Below, one piece after another: positions 47,701 through 58,963 of a DNA stretch of 58,963 bases. Both the position numbers and the translations under genes were made by a program. The notes under the pieces are model-generated. The model was not told the origin of the DNA and did no database searches. It worked only from the letters and a program-made list of their open reading frames with translations. The DNA comes from Candidatus Zipacnadia bacterium (GTDB taxonomy: Bacteria; Armatimonadota; Zipacnadia; Zipacnadales; UBA5352), in NCBI GenBank assembly GCA_029820045.1, contig JALGVE010000001.1, positions 1-58,963 on the forward strand, in the 5' to 3' direction. Position 1 is the first letter of the stretch. Every line of letters starts with the position of its first letter.

Positions 47701-48109
47701 AGCTGCCGGTCCCGGAGTTGGCGGCGAAGTGATAGCTGGCTTCGCCGGGCGGCTGGAGGAAGACCTCGATGCAATCGTCGCTGAAGACCTGCGCGTCGCG
47801 GCCCTGCTGGTCGGCCTTGACCAGGTGCATCATGTTCAGCTTCGGCTCCAGGAAGGAGTCGAAGGCCTCGACGCCCAGGTAGATGTTGGTCTCATCCCAG
47901 CACACACGGACCTGCGTCTGCTCGTTCGGCAGGCCGGGTTCCTGCGCGCTGAGGAAGTGCGAAGCGACGCTTGCCGCCTGCCAGCAGACATCGGAGAGGT
48001 CGCCGTCGAGGGTGGGCGCAGCGTCCGTGTGATAGGCGGTCAGCAACGGCTCGGCGAGCGCCAGCGAGGTCGCGCACAACAGAGACAGCGAGGCAATGAA
48101 GAGGCGCAT
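44768..48109 (-). CDS. Large secreted protein (1113 aa): N-terminal CBM9-like/DOMON-like domain and C-terminal GH-like TIM-barrel region
   Basis: Signal peptide MRLFIASLSLLCATSLALA from the ATG at 48109. The N-terminal pattern is LDGDLSD..W....F........T.V.V.WD..NIYLGV. The C-terminal region contains an FCTCDRC motif, as in the DUF4838-like protein. Confidence 0.55.
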   Translation of the reverse strand: MRLFIASLSLLCATSLALAEPLLTAYHTDAAPTLDGDLSDVCWQAASVASHFLSAQEPGLPNEQTQVRVCWDETNIYLGVEAFDSFLEPKLNMMHLVKADQQGRDAQVFSDDCIEVFLQPPGEASYHFAANSGTGSYEARNQDAEWDCAWQCVAKRGPKSYVLEMAIPFAALAAQPEGAWRVNFARERTAVKELSTWCGLQGAFYQPETFGTLSFAETGPALSEVSLQRQDRGFQFRAVIAGAANDLSAFQAVIKAGEESKSAAAHGARPHSLQVELPDRALETGQAEVSYALQQGKRVLLRSAPIPQAVGAAIAQLSLAARDAEAKAFLNGTPLEVGTEPIALELGGGLNVLALEASATGEAPTLSPHIAVGDRPVALVWQCKTETPAEGWREQLPREGWVPARSDEGGIWTPDKSKQVYFACGLYVAERRPQLFPKLDTFYLPRGSQQLMRFYVHAPMEVPSEKYRMVVEVPAPLKYIAVEPVSGGDPQVTLTGTFQDGETQMARYAVAYESIPRPGMELSMRWGNEAGTTLMYMPTLRAGGTCDWRHMSMVLTPPPGAVSAHPLIIKWQNRGITGTFWVDNLVFREKDSQENLLKMGTFDEPEWGGHWILKPEGPDGSRCCKIVSTPQNANKQQALWVDKEDVVPVEQGKEYVIELDVKCENLGSPSAKPLCGLLFEAPEEMDEREFPVYTYFEALGGALTELPQRSRVVILPPLKNVRPKRARLCPCYYSSRFKSDEVGRAYAENCWASGITWTYGKAANNVVPHLLPRGHRVILSIGWDPWSPPSSMRGFIEEHPELQAVDFQGKRISHTFCPTWMLAEGDEVIEALGEWLLETVNGEPYFGANWDLEQPVVDPPTFCTCDRCQAAFRKFANLPEDAPLDPDTILKDYREQWTDFRCAQNAEMAGRIKEILSKADRSIEFSVYSGYQSQRTKEHYGVDWALMAPHLDFGIAGYGGDRTRIYDTVGALGDVPFMGGEMWYLSHNDDARPAPRMETWRNRVLRQYVESGCKGVLFWQLASMDGGAFYATSEAAEIIAKYEDYFKLSQRCDDKVEVTGVEPPNWAAFEKDGEVLVLLMNFKAEALEATVQVAGKAYEREIKPYGVDVLLVE

Positions 48110-48215
48110 CGCATACTCATTCCTTCTGCCGCAGGTTGGTGGGTCACTCGGGTTGCTCGTCGTCGTATTCGTCCCGGCAGGCGCCATCACCTGCCGCTCC
48201 TGTCAGCGGCAGGCA

Positions 48216-48233
48216 GTCCCGCCGAGGCGGGAC
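48216..48233. repeat. Hairpin repeat of the CCCGCC family
   Basis: GTCCCGCC-gag-GCGGGAC, next to a second hairpin CTGCCGC-tcctgtca-GCGGCAG (48191-48212). Confidence 0.6.
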
Positions 48234-48253
48234 GCCGACACACTTGCACCTCT

Positions 48254-48903
48254 TCACTTGACCAGCTCAATGAGGCTCCAGGTGCTTGGGTCGCGTGCGT
48301 AGGGGAAGTCCTCAGCCGTGCCCCAGAACCGTCGGCCGCGCTGGATGTCATGCAGCACCAGCGCCAACCCTATCCGCCCGCCCTCCTCCGGCTCATAGCC
48401 GTGCAGCGCCTCCGTGCGCAGCGCAAGCTCCAGGGAGTAGCGGTCCGCGCGCAGCTTCGAGGCGACCGCCATGTGTTCGGGGTCAGCGAGAGGCGCGCGC
48501 TGCAGCGCGCGGCGGATGGGGACTTGCCGGACGATGGCCTCGCTCCGGTCGCTGCCGCCTCCGGCGGGTAGCACGACAAAGTGATGGCAGAACCGGGTAG
48601 CGCGGTGGCTGGTCTGCGTGGCGCGCGTGTCAATGAAGAGATCGAGCGCGTCGCCGGCCGACGGGTTCTGCCGATTGACTACGACCTGGGCCTCCTTGGG
48701 CACATCCAGGGCGAGGTAGAGGCCACGGCCGTTCCAGGAGAGGTAGTACTGCGCGAAGTCCGCCTCGCCGGCCAGCTCGCTGAGGGCCGGCAGCCGGTAC
48801 TCATTGCCCCACGCGCCGAGCTTACCGTCCATGGTCGGCCTGCGCGGGCGATAGCGGCACCGAGCGATGGGCTTGAGAAGCGCGATGGGTGGGAACTCAT
48901 GTA

Positions 48904-48907
<4 letters not shown>
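48254..48907 (-). CDS. CBM9-like/DOMON-like domain protein without signal peptide
   Basis: 217 aa from the ATG at 48907. MDGKLGAWGNEY...YYLSWNGRGLYLALDV...GDALDLFIDTR...YSLELALRTEAL...IGLALVLHD...DPSTWSLIELV follows the CBM9-like pattern. The ATG overlaps the uvrA-fusion stop (ATGA). Confidence 0.6.
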
Positions 48908-55188
<6,281 letters not shown>

Positions 55189-55263
55189 CAGGGTCGCTCA
55201 CTCACCAAAACAGAGAAGGTCACGCTGAGGCCCGTGAGCCCTGCTGCGAGCCTGTTGCGGAGA

Positions 55264-55292
55264 ATAGTGGCAGAACATCTGTTCGGTGTCAA
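55264..55292 (-). promoter_or_regulatory. Promoter of the uvrA fusion with an embedded LexA (SOS) box of the GAAC-N4-GTTC type
   Basis: On the minus strand: TTGACA (55292-55287), 17-nt spacer, CACTAT (55269-55264). The spacer contains CGAACAGATGTTCT (55285-55272), with the perfect palindrome GAAC-AGAT-GTTC at 55284-55273. Confidence 0.6.
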
Positions 55293-55333
55293 CGTGCCGT
55301 GCAGAGGGGATGACCACTCGACCGAGACGACCG

Positions 55334-55873
55334 CTACCTGAACGGCGGGATATCCACAGGGAGGCCAACCCTCATGAAGAACCTGGCAAAGGCCTGAGCT
55401 AGGTGTTCCCGGTAAGGAGGCCGCAGGCGAAGGCGTAGTGAAGCTATGTTTGCCCTCTCCTTCAGGAAGCCAAAAGGTACGCCGTAGACATTGCGGAAGT
55501 CAACTACACGGTAGTCCCTCTCGAAGCCTTGGATGGTGCAGCGATTCAGTAGATGGTAGCCGGGCGCATCGCCGCGCCGTAGTGCTTCCTTCCCCTTGAC
55601 GCTGGCGTAATGGGGACTGTTCGCCCCGAAGACCTCCATGTCCCACACTGGACATACCAGGACGAGTTGAAGCTTCTCGTAGTGAAGGTCACATGACTGA
55701 CTCATGACCACTACGTCGTAGGTCTGATAGCCGCCGACCAGGGCACCCTCTTGGACCTCAGCGTCCGGGACCAGCACGGGGCAGTCGTCGAAGAAATCCC
55801 CCTGAGATAGCGGCACTCCTCCCTGAACCAGCCCGTACCATGGGTACTCTGGCGCCTCGCGCTCTGCCATCAC
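55334..55873 (-). CDS. Hypothetical protein (179 aa), family not recognised
   Basis: Coding-like composition. GTG 55873 or ATG 55870, 8-11 nt after the upstream stop. Motifs VVVMSQSCDL and RPPYREHLAQAFARFFMRVGLP. Hand GC count of 55401-55500 is 58%. Confidence 0.6.
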   Translation of the reverse strand: MMAEREAPEYPWYGLVQGGVPLSQGDFFDDCPVLVPDAEVQEGALVGGYQTYDVVVMSQSCDLHYEKLQLVLVCPVWDMEVFGANSPHYASVKGKEALRRGDAPGYHLLNRCTIQGFERDYRVVDFRNVYGVPFGFLKERANIASLRLRLRPPYREHLAQAFARFFMRVGLPVDIPPFR

Positions 55874-55881
55874 TCACTGCC

Positions 55882-56277
55882 TCAGGTGTCGGTGGGCTCA
55901 ACGACTAGGGGCTCAGCCTTCCGCACGTACTTCACTTGTATCCTCATAGGGGTCACGCTCTTGGGCGCCATCCGCACCACGACGTTGTGTTCCAGCTCTG
56001 GCACTGCTTCAGAGGCCGCTGGCTCACAAGGCACTCGGATCGAAGCTGTCTCGACCCTCGAACCCACGCGCGGCAAGACTGAGGACATATCCAGCACTAG
56101 CGAGGAGGAGACCTCCTGGGCACCACGCCCCCGGCGCGCTGCCTTCGTGAGGTTGTGTGGCTTCGTGTCAAAGACCTGACTCAGGGCCGTGGATACCTGC
56201 GAGGTCTGTGACGACCACGAACCGCTTTCCCAGTCCGTATAGGTTACTTCGTGTGAGACTGCACACTGCATCATCAT
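55882..56277 (-). CDS. Hypothetical protein (131 aa), family not recognised
   Basis: The ATG at 56277 overlaps the stop of the upstream gene (ATGA). Ser/Thr-rich N-terminal half. No recognisable motif. Confidence 0.5.
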   Translation of the reverse strand: MMMQCAVSHEVTYTDWESGSWSSQTSQVSTALSQVFDTKPHNLTKAARRGRGAQEVSSSLVLDMSSVLPRVGSRVETASIRVPCEPAASEAVPELEHNVVVRMAPKSVTPMRIQVKYVRKAEPLVVEPTDT

Positions 56278-57044
56278 TCGAACCTCCTCTGAAGCTCGCC
56301 CTCGATCATCTTGAAGAACCAGTCGTGCGTCAGGCAATGGGCTTCTTCGAGCCAAGCAGGTATCTGGCGGGTGTCCTCAGGCGCCTCCGCCCCGGTGGAC
56401 TGGACAACCGTTTCCCATATCAGCGCCTCGTGGCCCCTTGTGTTGCCAAGGGCGAACCGGACGTTCATGGCGCCCCTCGGCTTGTCACAGGGAAACGAGA
56501 ACCGCAGGTCCAAGTTCGAGGCAACGCTGCAGACCCCCGTGTCCTTAAAGAGCTCCGGCTGCAGCTCGATTCTTGTCTTGAGGTAATCCCTCAGGAAGTC
56601 GAGCGCGTCGGTATTCTCACGATCGAGGGTAACCGAGTCGATGTAGCGTAATACAAGGCGCTCTATCTTGAGGCCTTCGGGCTGGGGATAGCTCTCACGA
56701 AGCTTGGCCGTTACTGCGCACACTCTTTGCTCGAAGTCCTGCCAGACGTACCCCTCGGTATCGTTGACCGTCATGATGCCCGGCCCTAACTGAATGAGAG
56801 GCCACTCCCCCTCGCCTTTCCTGAACCGATGCTGGACCATGTACGCAGCGATCTCATCAGGGATGTCAGCTGTGGGGAGCCTCTCATGGAAGGGGTATTC
56901 GCCCTCAATCCTGTCGTACAGCCTCCCGATCAGTATTCCATAGTTTGGATCGGTCTTCAGCTCAGAACCTGCCTCCTGGAGCTCCCAATGCACTTGAAAG
57001 ATAGCCTCGACAAGCGGCTTGTTCGTTAGCACTGTGTCAGGCAT
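56274..57044 (-). CDS. TIGR04255-like conserved hypothetical protein
   Basis: 256 aa from the ATG at 57044. The N-terminus MPDTVLTNKPLVEAIFQVHWE resembles the characteristic TIGR04255 start (..PP[IL]VEA..E.RF). The alternative ATG at 57068 is possible. Confidence 0.55.
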   Translation of the reverse strand: MPDTVLTNKPLVEAIFQVHWELQEAGSELKTDPNYGILIGRLYDRIEGEYPFHERLPTADIPDEIAAYMVQHRFRKGEGEWPLIQLGPGIMTVNDTEGYVWQDFEQRVCAVTAKLRESYPQPEGLKIERLVLRYIDSVTLDRENTDALDFLRDYLKTRIELQPELFKDTGVCSVASNLDLRFSFPCDKPRGAMNVRFALGNTRGHEALIWETVVQSTGAEAPEDTRQIPAWLEEAHCLTHDWFFKMIEGELQRRFE

Positions 57045-57316
57045 TCTGGGACCCCCGGGCGCCACCATGTCATCTGGGCGCCATTGACTCAGACGGACAG
57101 AGTTGCAAGGATGTTCGCCCCCAGCAACAGGCACAGCAAGAGCACGACGCCACCGGCGCCGCGGCCCGTGGTTAGACACACAGCGCGTGAATCCTCGCCC
57201 CGCGTGGACCGCCGGTCTCCACGTCTACTAGCGAGGCACACTCCCGTGGATGCCCTCATTAAGGCAGCGCGACCGAGGCGGCCGGGTCCCCGCTCTGGCT
57301 GTCGTCGTTGCTTGCC

Positions 57317-58735
57317 TTACCCTTCGCACACCCAAACCAGGAACTCGTCGTAGGCATCGCTGAACTGCTTGAGGGTGCGGGCGGAGGGCACGAAGTTGAT
57401 GAAATCCTTCGGTTCCATGCCGTCCGGCTCGTAGGCCTGGTGGAAGATCTCACTCTTGCAGAGCTTGTCGTGGTAGCCGGCGGGCAGCGGCGCCCACATG
57501 CCGTCCGGCTTGATCTGTCGCCGCTTCTCCTCGAACTGCTCCTGCCGATTCGGGAACACCGTGATGAACATAGTCACCGGGCCGTTGGCGATGGTGCGCG
57601 TGATGTTCCACGGCCCCCGGCCGGATGCGGCCAGCGGCGCGCTCTTCGTGAAGCCCAGCCCGCCCTCCTCAGGCGGCAGGCACAGCATCTTGTATTCGCG
57701 CTGCCGGATGGCGGTCGTGGCCCACTTCTTGACTTCCTCCCAGTCGGAGACGCCGGCCGCCTGCAACTCCTCACCGACCGGATCATCCAGCCGCCCGTCC
57801 ATCTGCGTGCGGAAGGTCACCTTGGCGGTGCTGTTCGCCTCGATGGCGCCGGCGAAGGCGATCTGCTGCGGTAAGGAGTAATTGACAGTCACATTCACGC
57901 CTTTGCCCGTGGAGGTCAGCGCCGCCGCGGCCGGGATGCCCGCCGCGGTGCCCGGGACCTTGAACACGGTGTTCGGCGTGCCGCCCAGCTCATCCTCGAG
58001 TTGGCCGTAGACCCAGGTCGCCTCATCAATCATCTTGCCTGCGTCCCTTGCCTCCTTCGGATTGAGCTGGAGGCTGACATAGCCGAGGGCCCCGTCCGTG
58101 ATCTCCCAGATGGGCCGCAGCAGCCGCGCGTTGGCCAGCACCACCTGGATCGTCATCGCGTAGGCAAGCTGCACCGGGTCGGAGGTCCCGTACTCCTCGC
58201 GCAGCTTGTCCCGCACCGGCGTCCAGTACGCGGGGTCTTCCTTGCGCGCTACGTCCACCAGGACCGGGTTGGTCGTGACCAGGATCGCGCCTTTCTGCAT
58301 CGCCTTGCGCAGGCCGGAGGCGTAGTCGTTGCCCCAGTGCGTATTGCACTCCCCGGCCAGGGTCTTGCGCGTGATGCGGGCGAGGTTGCTGTTCTTGATG
58401 GCCTCGGCCTCATCCCGCGCGCGCTTGGCCTCCGCCGACTCCCCCAGTTCCTCCAACAGCGCAACCGTCTTCTCGAACTCCTCGTTCAGTTCCCCGTCTG
58501 AGCAGACCGCATCGCCGAAGCGGTCGCGGTTTTTCAGGTTCCACTCCGATAGGATTGACTTGAGGTCAATGGCGCTCTCTGCCAGCGTCTCCGCAATGTC
58601 AGCCTTGTCCGCTTTCTTCGCCTTGCCGTAGAGCGACTTCATGTCGGCCCGGAACTCGCTCTCACGGTCCGCGAGGTCACCGGGCACGGTCTTGAAGATC
58701 AGGTCTTGCACAAGTGCGACTTGCTCGTCAGTCAT
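57317..58735 (-). CDS. Transaldolase-family protein with an N-terminal extension of about 120 aa
   Basis: GAGGAG RBS 9 nt before the ATG at 58735. Blocks GAILVTTNP, YVSLQLNP, FKVPGTAAG (Schiff-base Lys) and NVTVNYSLPQ. Confidence 0.7.
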   Translation of the reverse strand: MTDEQVALVQDLIFKTVPGDLADRESEFRADMKSLYGKAKKADKADIAETLAESAIDLKSILSEWNLKNRDRFGDAVCSDGELNEEFEKTVALLEELGESAEAKRARDEAEAIKNSNLARITRKTLAGECNTHWGNDYASGLRKAMQKGAILVTTNPVLVDVARKEDPAYWTPVRDKLREEYGTSDPVQLAYAMTIQVVLANARLLRPIWEITDGALGYVSLQLNPKEARDAGKMIDEATWVYGQLEDELGGTPNTVFKVPGTAAGIPAAAALTSTGKGVNVTVNYSLPQQIAFAGAIEANSTAKVTFRTQMDGRLDDPVGEELQAAGVSDWEEVKKWATTAIRQREYKMLCLPPEEGGLGFTKSAPLAASGRGPWNITRTIANGPVTMFITVFPNRQEQFEEKRRQIKPDGMWAPLPAGYHDKLCKSEIFHQAYEPDGMEPKDFINFVPSARTLKQFSDAYDEFLVWVCEG

Positions 58736-58850
58736 TCGCTTACTCTCCTCATCTGTCCACGAATTGCTCTGCGGCGGGTTAGCCCGCCGCGAGTTTCGAT
58801 GTTCTTGTACCATATACCTTCTCCAAGCGCAACCCATGACCTCCTTCGAG

Positions 58851-58963
58851 CAGGAGCATCGGTTTTAGAGCAAGTTGGCTTGTGGGTAGTGTAGGGCGGG
58901 GCACGGCGGCTAGCAAAGCCGTGCCGTACGGAGGGCAGGACTTCAGTCCTGCCGGACGTTGCC
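58851..58963. mobile_element. Second, window-truncated copy of the MITE-like element terminus with internal hairpins
   Basis: CAGGAGCATCGGTTTT (58851-58866) is identical to the 7831-7846 terminus. It is followed by GTAGGGCGG, hairpin GGCACGGC..GCCGTGCC (58900-58925) and hairpin GGCAGGAC-ttca-GTCCTGCC (58934-58953). The far end lies beyond the window. Confidence 0.45.

Overview
This is a GC-rich bacterial chromosomal window. Hand counts give about 65 G+C per 100 nt in core genes and about 53-58 in a few accessory genes. All calls come from reading the ORF translations and the DNA by eye. No homology search was run, so family names are motif-level recognitions.

Layout:
- 1-7.7 kb, minus strand: a motif-permuted N4/N6 DNA methyltransferase at the window edge, an ABC-2 exporter pair, an endonuclease III-like glycosylase, and a 1391-aa secreted SpoIVB(S55)-like peptidase/beta-propeller protein.
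- 7.8-8.4 kb: a MITE-like insertion, a strong promoter, a tiny lysine-rich ORF and tRNA(CAU).
- 8.5-22.1 kb, plus strand: a tightly packed, often stop/start-overlapping housekeeping run. It contains accB-like, hom, thrC, purC, tilS, ftsH, folK, an orphan GspF-like protein, a J-domain membrane protein, panC, panD, nadC, a discoidin+SGNH hydrolase and a small membrane protein.
- 22-30 kb: a glycan-processing cluster with a TIM-barrel isomerase, a heparinase II/III-like protein and a 1417-aa secreted protein.
- 30.4-34.7 kb, minus strand: htrA-glnA-nadE.
- 36-58.7 kb, minus strand: an orphan 'DNA modification/repair' radical SAM gene with a Zn-ribbon mini-ORF; an 800-nt ORF-less gap; a DUF4838-like protein; two type II TA modules (vapBC, brnTA); a URO-D-like protein; a PmoA-like protein; a 1113-aa CBM9-like/TIM-barrel protein; a CBM9-like protein translationally coupled to a 2094-aa tandem double UvrA; a lower-GC three-gene cassette of unknown function; and a transaldolase-like gene.

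The most notable observations are:
- The single-chain double UvrA with an extra C-terminal domain and a GAAC-N4-GTTC SOS box inside its promoter.
- The adjacent translationally coupled three-gene cassette (TIGR04255-like plus two unknowns).
- A 5 x 35-nt tandem array flanked by hairpins.
- A MITE-like element with a 9-bp target duplication.
- A dispersed family of GC-rich hairpin repeats.

I cannot show from sequence alone that any of these is a truly new system.
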